A DNA stretch of 64,000 nt from the NCBI GenBank assembly GCA_944388935.1, contig CALXKK010000001.1, positions 62,344-126,343 of the forward strand. Direction: 5' to 3'. This document shows, piece after piece, positions 30,334 to 41,400 of the stretch (position 1 is its first letter; every line of letters begins with the position of its first letter). The DNA is from an uncultured Clostridia bacterium (lineage in GTDB: Bacteria > Bacillota > Clostridia > TANB77 > CAG-508). A program made the translations under genes and the position numbers. Under the pieces are notes generated by a model. That model had not been told where the DNA came from. It was given only the letters and a program-made list of their open reading frames with translations, and made no database searches.

Positions 30334-31536
30334 TTACTTAAACAATTTTATAATTCTATCTACTGCTTCTTTAGTGTCTTCTTTGCTAGAAAATGCTGTT
30401 AATCTAAAATAACCTTCTCCACATTCTCCAAAACCGACACCCGGTGTACCAACAACTGCTGCTTCATTCAATAATTTGTCGAAGAAGTCCCAAGACTTCA
30501 TTCCATTTGGAGTTTTTAGCCAAATATATGGTGAACTAACTCCTCCATATACGGTAAATCCAACTTTTTCTAACTCTTCTTTTATGTATTTTGCATTTTC
30601 TTTATAGTATTTTATATTTTCTCTAATTTGCTTTTGACCTAAATCTGTATATACTGCTTCTGCAGCTCTTTGAGTTATATATGCAGCTGCACCAAATTTT
30701 GTGCTTTGTCTTCTTCTCCATAAAGAATTTAATTCTATTTTTTCTCCGTTTTTTCTATATGCTTTTAATTCTTTAGGAACTACTGCAAAAGAACATCTAA
30801 CACCAGTAAAACCTGCAAGTTTTGAATAGCTTCTAAATTCTACTGCAACTTCTTTTGCGCCTTCTATTTCGTAAATACTATGTGGTATATTTTCGTCATC
30901 AATAAATATTTCATAAACTGAATCGTAAAAAATTACAGCATTATTTTCTTTTGCATATTGCACCCATTCTTCTAATTGTTTTCTAGTTAAAACTGTTCCT
31001 GTTGGATTATTTGGTGAACATAGATAAATAATATCAACATGCTCTTTTGGAATACTAGGTGTAAAATTATTCTCCTCTGTTGCTTTTAAATATACTAGAT
31101 TGTTTCTTCCAAGCATTATATTTGTATCTCTATATGCTGGGTAAACCGGGTCCATTAAGGCAACAACATTATCTTCTGAAAATAATTCTGCAATTCCTGC
31201 TAAATCTCCCTTACTTCCAGCTGCAATAAAAACTTCATCTTTATCTAGGTTTACTCCTCTTTTTTTATATTCAACATCTAGAATTCTTTCTATTAAGAAG
31301 TCATATCCTTGAACAATTCCATAACCTCTAAATGTTTCTTTTTTAGACATTTCATCAACTGCTTTATGCATTGCTTCTATTACTACTGGTGCAAGTGGCA
31401 AAGACACATCTCCAATTCCTAAGCTTATAACTTTTTTATCAGGATTATTTTTTTCGTATTCATTTCTTTTGTCTGTTACCTTAGAAAACAAATAATCATT
31501 TTTTAAATTCAAAAAATTTTCATTTACATTTGCCAT
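30334..31536 (-). CDS. dapL: LL-diaminopimelate aminotransferase
   Basis: MANVNENFLNLKNDYLFSKV...ISLGIGDVSLPLAPVVIEAMHKAVDEM matches DapL N-terminal conservation. PLP Lys in SYSKLAGFTGVRCSF. AAGGAAG SD precedes the ATG at 31536. The ORF-track start is 13 codons upstream without an SD. Confidence 0.8.
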   Translation of the reverse strand: MANVNENFLNLKNDYLFSKVTDKRNEYEKNNPDKKVISLGIGDVSLPLAPVVIEAMHKAVDEMSKKETFRGYGIVQGYDFLIERILDVEYKKRGVNLDKDEVFIAAGSKGDLAGIAELFSEDNVVALMDPVYPAYRDTNIMLGRNNLVYLKATEENNFTPSIPKEHVDIIYLCSPNNPTGTVLTRKQLEEWVQYAKENNAVIFYDSVYEIFIDDENIPHSIYEIEGAKEVAVEFRSYSKLAGFTGVRCSFAVVPKELKAYRKNGEKIELNSLWRRRQSTKFGAAAYITQRAAEAVYTDLGQKQIRENIKYYKENAKYIKEELEKVGFTVYGGVSSPYIWLKTPNGMKSWDFFDKLLNEAAVVGTPGVGFGECGEGYFRLTAFSSKEDTKEAVDRIIKLFK

Positions 31537-31559
31537 AGTTTTTACTTCCTTAATTAAAT

Positions 31560-33059
31560 TTAATACATGTAACATTCTATTACCAATGTATTATTTACAA
31601 TTCCATAACCATTTTCATTTTCTTGCAAAACATATTCCCTTAACATATTTGTAGTTAAATCTACCTTTTGTAAATTTCTATCTGTGTAAAAATTAATAAC
31701 TCCATCTGCTGCCCAGTCACATCTAACAGCATTATATGTTACTACAGATTTACGCAAAATGTTTTCAAAATATGTTTTATCACTTTGACCTTTTACCGTA
31801 TATATCGCTATGTTTTCAACTTTTTCATTATTAGTTTGCTCATATTCTTCTATATATTTTTCTATATTTTGCACTTCTTGTTTTTCATATTCATTAACTA
31901 ATTTGTGTTCGTATGTAACTATTATACAATTATATACACTAACAATGCTATAAATTATTAAAATAAAATTAAATATTTTTGTAAAAACTTCGTCATCGTT
32001 TTCCATTATTAGACAAATTAAGACAAATCCTACAATACATCCAACGCAATAATGCAATCTACCAGTATAAAAACTAGACAAAGTTCCTAAAGAAACTAAA
32101 AATGCACATATTACACTTAAAACTATTATGCATATAGATTTTATTGTTAAAAATTTTTCGCTTTTAGTTTTTATATCATAAGCCAAAGTGCAAATTAATA
32201 ATAAACCTAGGAATATATATAATAAATTTGTTGGGAACAGTCCTATATTATCTTTTAAAATACTAGAAAAATTTCTAATAATATATTGCAGATTACTAAA
32301 TATAGAAGATATACCGCCAACTCTTGTTTGAACTTGACCTGTTACACTTCCGATTATATTAACTATTAGCATATTTACACCAACTGCAATAAGTGCAAAA
32401 AATGCTGATATAACAGTGTCTATACAAATTTGTTTTAGATTTTTCTTTATATCTTCCTTTTTACCTTTAAGCTCAACTCTATTTTTTAATAAACTTATGA
32501 AAAATGTAAGTATTATAACAAATCCAGCGGTTCCCTGATATGATATAACTCCAAGTATCGTTAAAACTAAAGCTATAATTTTATTGCCTATGCTCTTGGT
32601 ATTTACTATTAAATCTGCAGAGTATGTAAATAACAATAAACTTAATGCCATTACAATTGATTCTACAAAATACATATCTTCTATGTACATAAAATTAAAT
32701 ATCGTAAAAAATACCGCAATTGTAACTATAATTTCTTTTTTTAGGCTAGTTTTACTATCTACTAAAATAATATTTTTTAATTTTATTACACAAGCACAAG
32801 ATATTAGTATTGCTATTAATAATGTACCTATTACAAATACTTCAATTGGAAAATTAAGTTTTGCAAAAATCATAGTAATTAAATACATTATTAATCTTCC
32901 ATCTTTTAAAGACCAATTAGTAGCATATGTCTCATATCCCACATTCATTATATTATATGTGTCAGCGGAATAATGCATCGTAATCCAACTGATATACATT
33001 ATTACAGCCAATATAAATATTCCAAAAAAGATTAAATAATCTTTTTTTATTTTCTTCAT
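31560..33059 (-). CDS. Polytopic membrane protein (~11 TM plus C-terminal soluble domain); tandem paralogue of 33075-34583
   Basis: Shares the N-terminal motif MHYSADTYNIMNVGY and the C-terminal W(A/S)A(D/I)G(V/T)INFYT(D/G)RN with its neighbour. Family not recognised; possibly a GT-C-like or polymerase-like envelope protein. Confidence 0.4.
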   Translation of the reverse strand: MKKIKKDYLIFFGIFILAVIMYISWITMHYSADTYNIMNVGYETYATNWSLKDGRLIMYLITMIFAKLNFPIEVFVIGTLLIAILISCACVIKLKNIILVDSKTSLKKEIIVTIAVFFTIFNFMYIEDMYFVESIVMALSLLLFTYSADLIVNTKSIGNKIIALVLTILGVISYQGTAGFVIILTFFISLLKNRVELKGKKEDIKKNLKQICIDTVISAFFALIAVGVNMLIVNIIGSVTGQVQTRVGGISSIFSNLQYIIRNFSSILKDNIGLFPTNLLYIFLGLLLICTLAYDIKTKSEKFLTIKSICIIVLSVICAFLVSLGTLSSFYTGRLHYCVGCIVGFVLICLIMENDDEVFTKIFNFILIIYSIVSVYNCIIVTYEHKLVNEYEKQEVQNIEKYIEEYEQTNNEKVENIAIYTVKGQSDKTYFENILRKSVVTYNAVRCDWAADGVINFYTDRNLQKVDLTTNMLREYVLQENENGYGIVNNTLVIECYMY

Positions 33060-33074
33060 ATTATCACCTAAATT

Positions 33075-34583
33075 TTAAATATATGCTAAGAAATATAGAA
33101 TGTTATCCATTATTACGAAATTTCCTTCATATCCTAATTTTCTTTTAGCAGCATACGCATAAAATAAATTTCTGTTAGGATATGCTTCTAAAAAATTATC
33201 CTCAAAATTTCTACCAGTATAGAAATTTATCGTTCCAATAGCAGACCACGTACAAGCAACTCCATCATAAGTTAAAACAGATTGATTCGATATTTCGTTA
33301 AAGTATCCATATTTTTTCATATCTGATAATTTAAAATATCTTGCCTCTGTAATTTTTACATCGTTTTCTTTCTCATAACTTTCGATATATGTTTCCAAGC
33401 CTTCACATTGTTCCTTCTCTAGCTTATTTACTTGTTTGTGCTGATATAATAAATAAATTGTATTTACAATAGTTATAATGTTGTAAGCAATTAAAGTTGC
33501 TATTAACAAATATTTAATAATTGTTTCATCTTCAAATATACTTGTACTACTAAACAAATAAATAAATATTACACCAATTAAAGCTCCTACTGGCACGTGG
33601 ATTCTGCCTGTATCATAACTTGTAATACTAACAATACACATTGCAAATGTTATAAGTACTGTAACAAAACAAATAAAAGCTATATTGAATACTAAGCCAT
33701 ATTTTTTTGCTTTTATTCCATAAATTCCTGCCATTAAAGTAATAATTAATATAATTGAAATCATTAAATAACTTGGGAATAATCCACAATTACTTACCAA
33801 AATAGTATCAAATACCATTTTTTTGAAATTAATTAGTATCCTTAAGAAATAGGTTACTAAATTTTCTATACCATTTAATCTTTCTTGAGTTGTTCCTGCT
33901 ATTGCAGTCGCAACATTTATTTGTATTAAATTTGCAACAAAAGATACTAATGTAATACCTATAATTACCCCAAAATCCTTAAGTATCTCTTTTATCTCTT
34001 TACCATTTTTTGCTATAGAAAAAGCTACACCATACAACGCAAATAAGCCGATTGTACCCTGATAACAAAATGTTGCTAATATAGCTAACAATGTAGCTTT
34101 TATAATATAAAAATCACTTCTCTTTATAATTTGATTAACTGCTAGTATATAGAATAATATACTAAATGCCATTACTGCAGATTCTACAAAGTATAAATTT
34201 TCTACATACATAAAATTAAATATTGTACAATATGATATTAAAATTGCAATAAACTCTTGTAATTTCGTTTTCTTTGTAGAGAATTTCATAATTATATTTT
34301 TTAATACAATAACAGCAATGCATGATACAACTAAAGCAATAACAGTTAAAGTTATTACATAAACATTAATAGGAATGTTTATTGTATTTGCAAGCATCCC
34401 TATTAAAAACATAAATATTCTTCCATCACTTAAAGAATTATTTATTGCATATGTTCTATATCCTATATTCATTATATTATATGTATCTGTTGCATAATGC
34501 ATAGATACGTAATTCCAAAAAACAGCCCCAGTTATTACAAATAAAATAAAAAATAGTATTATGTTTTTTGTTCTCTGTTTCAT
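33075..34583 (-). CDS. Polytopic membrane protein, paralogue of 31560-33059
   Basis: MHYATDTYNIMNIGYRTYAINNSLSDGRI..., same architecture as its neighbour. Confidence 0.4.
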   Translation of the reverse strand: MKQRTKNIILFFILFVITGAVFWNYVSMHYATDTYNIMNIGYRTYAINNSLSDGRIFMFLIGMLANTINIPINVYVITLTVIALVVSCIAVIVLKNIIMKFSTKKTKLQEFIAILISYCTIFNFMYVENLYFVESAVMAFSILFYILAVNQIIKRSDFYIIKATLLAILATFCYQGTIGLFALYGVAFSIAKNGKEIKEILKDFGVIIGITLVSFVANLIQINVATAIAGTTQERLNGIENLVTYFLRILINFKKMVFDTILVSNCGLFPSYLMISIILIITLMAGIYGIKAKKYGLVFNIAFICFVTVLITFAMCIVSITSYDTGRIHVPVGALIGVIFIYLFSSTSIFEDETIIKYLLIATLIAYNIITIVNTIYLLYQHKQVNKLEKEQCEGLETYIESYEKENDVKITEARYFKLSDMKKYGYFNEISNQSVLTYDGVACTWSAIGTINFYTGRNFEDNFLEAYPNRNLFYAYAAKRKLGYEGNFVIMDNILYFLAYI

Positions 34584-34665
34584 ATTTTCTCCTATTCTTT
34601 TGTAATTGTGATTAATTATTTTTTTCTATACAATCATATAATTTTTTCTATAAATATTCAAGGTC

Positions 34666-36222
34666 TCATCTAATTTTCTTTATGCACAAATCTTCTATAT
34701 TTACAACTTTCGTTGCTAAATCTTTATAAAAGCTCGCTTCGTGTGATACTAAAATAACTGTACCTTTAAATTCTGTTAACGCCTTTTGTAATTCTTCCTT
34801 TGTATCTGCATCTAGATGGTTTGTTGGTTCATCGAGAATTAGTAAATTACATGGTTTTAATATTATTTTGCATAATTTTACTTTTGCCTGTTCTCCTCCA
34901 CTTAAAGTAGCTATTGGTTGCATAACATGTTCTTTCTTAATTCCACAATCTGCTAGATGCTTCCTAACTTGTTTTTGTGTTAGTTGTGGGAATTCTCTAG
35001 AAATAATATTAAGTGGTATGTCTTCTGGATTTTCCCATCTTAAGTCTTGCTCATAATACCCAATACTCTTTATAGTTTCCGAAAATTTAAATGTTCCAGA
35101 AATAGGTTTTATTTCTCCTAAAATAGTTTTTAATAAAGTGGACTTACCAATACCATTAAAACCTGTTATTACAAGCTTTTCTTCATTTTGCACATCAAAT
35201 TTCATCTTAGGAAGTAAAGGATAATAGTATCCAACTTCCAAACCATTTACCTCCAATATCACTTGAGCTGTAGATGGAATACAATTAAAACGAAAATGAG
35301 GTTTACTTGTAAATGTAGGTTTTTCTATTTTCTCCATTTTCTCTAACTTTTTCTCTCTACTTTTTGCCATTTGAGCAGTGGATGCTCTTACCTTATTTTT
35401 GGCAATATAGTCTTCTAATCTTTTTATTTCTTTTTGTTGTGAATTATATTGTCTTATATAATCTTCTCTTAATAACTCCTTTTGCTTTAAAAAGCTAGAA
35501 TATGTACCTTTATATTTCTTTATTTTGTTAAATTCTATATCACAAATACAAGTTGTAACTTTTTCTAGAAAATCAAAATCATGTGATACTATTATAAATG
35601 CTCCTTTAAAACTAGTTAAGTATTCAGATAGCCATTCTACATGTTCTTTATCTAGGAAGTTTGTAGGCTCGTCCAACACCAAAACTTCAGGATTTTGCAA
35701 AAGTAATTTAGCCAGAATTACTTTTGCTCTTTGACCTCCACTTAAATTTTTCAAAGAAGTATCTAGCCCCAATGCTGTTATTCCTAAACCGCTTGCAACT
35801 TTTTGTATTGTACTATCTATTGCATAAAAATTTTTTTCTTCTAGCAATTCTTGATATCTAGATACTTTGTTTAATATATTTTCATTATAATTTTCTGCCA
35901 TTTTTTCGTATAATTTGTTTAAATCATCATTTATTTTGTATAAATCTTTAAAAGCTGTTCTTAAATAATCAAAAATTGTTTGGTCTTCATCAACAATTGC
36001 ATACTGGTCTAACTTACCAATTGTAATACCATTCTGCCATTTTACAGTTCCTTTATCTGGCAAAATTTCTCCTAATAAAATTTTAATTAGAGTACTTTTA
36101 CCAGCTCCATTTTGACCTACAATCCCCATGTGTTCGCCTTTATATAGTTCGAAAGAAGAATCTTTATACAATAATTTTTCTCCAAATGAATGCGATAAAT
36201 GTTCTACCTCTAATAGTGCCAT
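34666..36222 (-). CDS. ABC-F family ATPase (two tandem NBDs, no TMD)
   Basis: Two Walker A motifs (GQNGAGKST, GFNGIGKST), two signature motifs (LSGGQ..., LSGGEQ), and an inter-domain linker with a Lys/Glu-rich helix. Confidence 0.8.
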   Translation of the reverse strand: MALLEVEHLSHSFGEKLLYKDSSFELYKGEHMGIVGQNGAGKSTLIKILLGEILPDKGTVKWQNGITIGKLDQYAIVDEDQTIFDYLRTAFKDLYKINDDLNKLYEKMAENYNENILNKVSRYQELLEEKNFYAIDSTIQKVASGLGITALGLDTSLKNLSGGQRAKVILAKLLLQNPEVLVLDEPTNFLDKEHVEWLSEYLTSFKGAFIIVSHDFDFLEKVTTCICDIEFNKIKKYKGTYSSFLKQKELLREDYIRQYNSQQKEIKRLEDYIAKNKVRASTAQMAKSREKKLEKMEKIEKPTFTSKPHFRFNCIPSTAQVILEVNGLEVGYYYPLLPKMKFDVQNEEKLVITGFNGIGKSTLLKTILGEIKPISGTFKFSETIKSIGYYEQDLRWENPEDIPLNIISREFPQLTQKQVRKHLADCGIKKEHVMQPIATLSGGEQAKVKLCKIILKPCNLLILDEPTNHLDADTKEELQKALTEFKGTVILVSHEASFYKDLATKVVNIEDLCIKKIR

Positions 36223-36231
36223 TGTCTCCTC

Positions 36232-37266
36232 CTACTCTGATTGTCCTCTCGTATATTTTAATTTTACTAAATCAACTAAATTAACGCATTTTTTCCATGC
36301 CAATAAAAATTTACCTTTAAATTTAACATATAATATCGCAACTAATAATGAAGCCAAAAATATAGCAATTTGTATTGTATTATCTAATATTTTGTTACTA
36401 GCAGTTACAAATTTATTAAATATATTTATAAACATTAAATGCAATATATAAATATATGTTGAATATTTTTTTCCAATAACTGCTAACACATTTTCATCAC
36501 TTACTTGCTTTGCTTGAACTACAAATAAAAATACTGCTACAGCAAAAAATGTTGTGCTAATATAAAGATCTCCTATTGCATCTTTACGAGCAGCATTTAA
36601 GAATTGTTCTTCTAATACAGTGGTTAATGCAAACACAGGTATTAAAATTGCTAATTTTCTTAGCGGAAATTTTTCTACTAACTTTTCTTTGTTTTCATAT
36701 AATAAATTTCCAATTAAGAAATATGGCAAACCTATAAATAAGAAATTCCTCATATAAATAGGAGCATAATCTTTATTAAATAATACTATTGAATACTCTC
36801 CAAATATAATATTCGTTACTAATAATACTGGAATTAAAAAATACAAATATTTTCGTTTATTAAATTTATCAGCAATATACGCAATAATTAGAACATATAA
36901 AAGTGCATTTAAATACCATAAATGGAAGGCAAAAGGCGAGCTATTAAATAAAAGTCCGTTAATTATGTCTTCTTTATTTGGTACTTCTGCCTTGCCATTC
37001 ATAATTATTCCTAAAACAAAATATAAAAAATTAGCCAATATTATTAGGACTAAAACCTTTTTCATTTGCTTTAGTGGTGCTTTTGAAGTTTTATGATAAA
37101 AATATCCTGTTATCATAAAAAATATTGGAACAGCAATCCTACATAGAGGTGTTATTATGTCACCAAGTTTATCTTTATAGGAAATATGAATGCATATAAC
37201 TAAAAATGCACATATTGCTTTTACTACATCTAAATTATTTTGTCTTTTGGCTTCTACTTTTTCCAT
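36232..37266 (-). CDS. Acyltransferase family 3 (membrane-bound O-acyltransferase)
   Basis: N-terminal ...LDVVKAICAFLVICIHIS and ~10 TM helices, typical of Acyl_transf_3. Confidence 0.65.
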   Translation of the reverse strand: MEKVEAKRQNNLDVVKAICAFLVICIHISYKDKLGDIITPLCRIAVPIFFMITGYFYHKTSKAPLKQMKKVLVLIILANFLYFVLGIIMNGKAEVPNKEDIINGLLFNSSPFAFHLWYLNALLYVLIIAYIADKFNKRKYLYFLIPVLLVTNIIFGEYSIVLFNKDYAPIYMRNFLFIGLPYFLIGNLLYENKEKLVEKFPLRKLAILIPVFALTTVLEEQFLNAARKDAIGDLYISTTFFAVAVFLFVVQAKQVSDENVLAVIGKKYSTYIYILHLMFINIFNKFVTASNKILDNTIQIAIFLASLLVAILYVKFKGKFLLAWKKCVNLVDLVKLKYTRGQSE

Positions 37267-37351
37267 TTTTATCCCTCGTTTTTTATCTTTTAGCTACTAT
37301 ACTATACCATTTTTTTTATATTCTTTCAACACATATTGACCTCTTATCCAA

Positions 37352-38314
37352 TTAAACTTCCTTCCAATCAATTAACTTTATCTGATTAGAAATAAAGTTT
37401 TCATTATTATCTATTTCTTTAAATAAATCTGTTGATAAATATTTTTTATTATCATCTGCAAACACTGTAACTACCGGCTTATCTATGCTTTCACTTAATA
37501 AAACACTTCCCAAAAAATTCGCTCCAGAAGAAATTCCAACACCTAATCCTAAATCTTTAGATAACTTTCTAGACATATTTATAGAATCATCATCATTTAC
37601 TAATATAATTTCATCTATTGCCTTTCTATCTATTAAATCTGGAACAAATTCATCTCCAATTCCTTCTATTTTATGTTCTCCTAATATTACTCCTTTAGAA
37701 ATAATGGGCATTTTATCCGGCTCTATAGCAACTATTTTCAAGTCGTTAAATTGTTCTTTCAATCTCTTTCCTGTTCCCATTAAAGTTCCACCTGTTCCTA
37801 CTCCCGAAACAAACCCATAAACTTTTTCTGGAACTTGATTTATAATTTCATTTCCGGTTGTCTCATAATGTGCTAAAAAATTATCTTTATTAGAAAATTG
37901 ATTTGATAAAAATCCATTTACTTCCTTTGCCAATTTCTTAGCCTCTTCTATGCATCTTACAAAACCGCCATCTTCTTTTGAATACAGAATTACTTTAGCC
38001 CCATAATTTTCCATTAATTTTATTCTTTCTTTGCTAACCCAATCCGGCATAAAAATATATACTTTGTGATTATAAAGCTCACCAATAGCGGATAATGCAA
38101 TTCCTGTATTTCCACTTGTTGCTTCAATTATTGGCATTCCTTCTTTTAACTCTCCTCTTTTTTTAGCATTATTTATCATATAAAGTGCAACTCTATCTTT
38201 TATGCTTCCTGTTAAATTATAATATTCCAATTTTGTATAAATATATTTTTTCTTACCCATATATTCATAATCTATTCTTATCATTGGTGTGTTACCAATT
38301 GTTTTTTTCACCAA
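37352..38314 (-). CDS. Cysteine synthase / PLP-dependent fold-type II family protein
   Basis: IGNTPMIR, SIKDR (PLP lysine), TSGNTG and GxGTGGT motifs. Confidence 0.75.
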   Translation of the reverse strand: MVKKTIGNTPMIRIDYEYMGKKKYIYTKLEYYNLTGSIKDRVALYMINNAKKRGELKEGMPIIEATSGNTGIALSAIGELYNHKVYIFMPDWVSKERIKLMENYGAKVILYSKEDGGFVRCIEEAKKLAKEVNGFLSNQFSNKDNFLAHYETTGNEIINQVPEKVYGFVSGVGTGGTLMGTGKRLKEQFNDLKIVAIEPDKMPIISKGVILGEHKIEGIGDEFVPDLIDRKAIDEIILVNDDDSINMSRKLSKDLGLGVGISSGANFLGSVLLSESIDKPVVTVFADDNKKYLSTDLFKEIDNNENFISNQIKLIDWKEV

Positions 38315-38337
38315 TTCTACATTCCCCCCTATACAAC

Positions 38338-38377
38338 AAAAAAACTATATACTTTTATTGTAGTATATAGTTTTTTT
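38338..38377. terminator. Bidirectional hairpin terminator downstream of the 1115-aa gene
   Basis: AAAAAAACTATATACT-tttattgt-AGTATATAGTTTTTTT. Confidence 0.5.
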
Positions 38378-38407
38378 ATTATAATATGTTTCATGTGTTT
38401 TTTACGT

Positions 38408-38420
38408 GAACTTTAGGGAC
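38408..38420 (+). repeat. Partial REP-like repeat, copy B (GAACTTTAGGGAC followed by local palindrome TAGGGAcaaTCCCTA)
   Basis: 5' half of the family consensus only. Confidence 0.4.
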
Positions 38421-38425
38421 AATCC

Positions 38426-41400
38426 CTATCTTTCATCTCTTTCATCACTTTCTTTTCTTATTTCCTCCATAACAGATTTCACCATCTGTCGTTTTTCTAC
38501 ACTTAATGATGACATATCTACTTGTGCATCTTGTGCTCCTATTTGTTTTAATGCTTTCTTCACTTGATAACGTATATGATTTTCCGCTTTTTGCTTTTGC
38601 TCCTCGGTTAACCCCTCTCTTAATGGTGAAGATAAAACATTTCCGATTTTTATTTTTTCATCATCTTGACTATAAATAATAGCCATTCTTGCAGTAGCCA
38701 ATACCCTCGTAGTATTTGGGTCAAGCCCATATTCTTCCGCTACAGTATTCATAAGTCTTTCAGATTTTTTAAGTTGTTCATCATCACCTGTTTCATTAAA
38801 ATATACTGTATTATTGTTTTCAGATTCTCGGTCCATTCTTCTTAATGTTAATAGCACTCTATCTGTCATATTTGTACTATCATACAAAGGAATATCATCT
38901 TGATGAACATATAAGTTTTCTTGCTTAGATTCTACAATTCCATCCCTTTCTGCAATTGTATATTGAATTTTTGCATCAGTATATGGATTTGGTAATCTTC
39001 TTGTAGATTTCACACCTACTGTATCACTTTCTTGATGTATAGTTTTATCCGATTTTATTGCACTCGCAATATCATTATATCCTAAGCCAATTGTTACTTT
39101 GCCTAATACTAATGAATCATATTGTTCTTGCGTAATATCTCCTTTTTTTAACAATTCTTGATATACTCTTTTGTCTTCTTCCATTAAATCTTGTGCTGCT
39201 TTTTTATAGACGCCTAAAACCTCTGCTGCTAAGCCTTTTCTTCCTTTATCAGGATGTTCTGTTTCATATAACCTAAAAATCCTATTGGGTATTTCTATAT
39301 TATCAAAACAGCCTGTGTATTGATTTCTCCAAAACCAACTTTGTGCAACCAATCTTCCTTCTTCATCTTTTACACAAAAAACTCTACCATCAGGGGATAC
39401 AACGCTATGCTCCATACTTGTTTGGCCAGCTCCATGTATTTCTTGGCAACAATCTGTAAGTGTTCCAATTGTTAATGCTAGTGGGTCATCACATCTAAGC
39501 ATTTCGTATGTATACCCATTAGTTTTTCCTTGTATTCTGGGAATACTAGAAAAATCCCTAGTTTCACCTTCATTAAATAGTTTTTGTATAGCTTCAAAAT
39601 CTTCTTGAGAATATCCAGCTATTTTGGCTTGTTCGGCAACTCCCTCATTACCAATATCAATATTAGAATACACTATACTTCTTATATATGCTTGTGCTAC
39701 GTCCCAAGTTAATTTCCTACCAGCATTTGTTCTAACAATATCCTTAAATTGTCTTTGCATTGTAGCAATATCTTTACTATATTCAGGATTTGACAATATT
39801 TCGTCACAATTTTCTACAAAAAATTTAACAAAGTCCGGATTATATTCCATTTTAAAAGAATCAAATATCTGATGAGCTTTAATTGGAGTTAAGATTCTGG
39901 GAAAATCTGCTTCCTCTAATATTCCTCTAACTGTCTTTGTTCTATTCTTGTCACTTTGTGCATTAAATGATAAATTATACTTTCCATCTTTTCCTATTTT
40001 ATATGCTTGTTCTAAAATTGTTTGTAGCTCTTTATTATTTCTATTATAGCTAATTGATTGCATTACTTGTTCATATTCTTCGGCAGATAAATCCTTTGGA
40101 AGTCCTGCAAATAATTCCATTGTCCTATTAAATCCTTCATTATCACCTTGGAATACTCCCATGCTATACGCTGCTTTTAAAAGTGCTGCTTTACCATCGT
40201 TATTACGATTATAAAAATCTATGGTCATTAATTTAGACCATTTTTTCCCATTTGCCAAGAAACTATCAATTTCTTCTTCTGGGAAATTTATCATAACAAC
40301 AAAATTAGGTAAAAATCTTCCACCTGTTGCTTTATACCAACTTTCCAAAGTGCTAACTCTATGGTAACTTACCATTTTATCAATAGTTACTGGATCTCTT
40401 GCTCCTAATTTCATTAATGTATCACTATCAAATTTTCTAAACAATTCGTCATAATTTGGCATAAATGCTAGCCTTATATCTTTTCCTTGTAAAAATTCTT
40501 TCCATTCCGGATATCTCTTTATTAATTCGAAATTTAATTTGATACTAACGTTAGTATCATGTAATTTATTATTATAATACAATGTTTTTAATAATTCTGG
40601 TGCCTCATTATCCAAAAACATCTCCGGACGTCTTTTCTTAAAAAAGTCAGGAATTGTTTCGATAAAAGGAGATTTTCTAGTTAAAATATTCTCCTCTATA
40701 TTTTGCTGTATTGCTCTTTCTTTATCTTGCTTACTTTGACCTTCCACAAAAATTCCAGCGTTAACACCTTCCAAAAATTCTCCGTACTTTTCTGCAAAAT
40801 ATATTATCTCTTGCTCTGTAAGTTTTTCCCACATTGGTCTTACTTCTCTTTGTCTTTGACCATATCTTAGTGGTTTGCATTTTGTATTTCCAAATCCTAC
40901 ACCAATATCTTTTGACAATAATATCTCCCTTAATTGTGGGTTCTGCCTTACATCTTCAAAAGTTAAATCTCCTGAATAAAACTTATTTCTTAATTTTTCA
41001 TCAACCTCTTCTGGAAGAAATAAGTCTGGATGCTTTTCTTTAAAACTTGATGGTAATTCTTCAAAATATACCATTCCCTTATCTTTTATTTCTCCATATA
41101 TAGCATCTTCAATTTTTTCTCTAATACTTTCAAGTGTAAAATCTCTTGAAATGGACAATGATATACTATCTAAGCATTTTCCATAGTCAGCACAAATCCT
41201 TAAGAACTCCTCTTGACCTATTTTTTCTATAACATATTTAGCCATATTTACCTTTTTTCCTTGTAATATTTGTATAAGTTCTGGATTTTGTCTGATATCC
41301 TCAGCACTCATATGTCCTCTATAAAATTTATTTTTTATTGAAACATTAACACCATCTATAAATATATCAGGATGCTCATCTCTAAAACTTCCTGTTATAA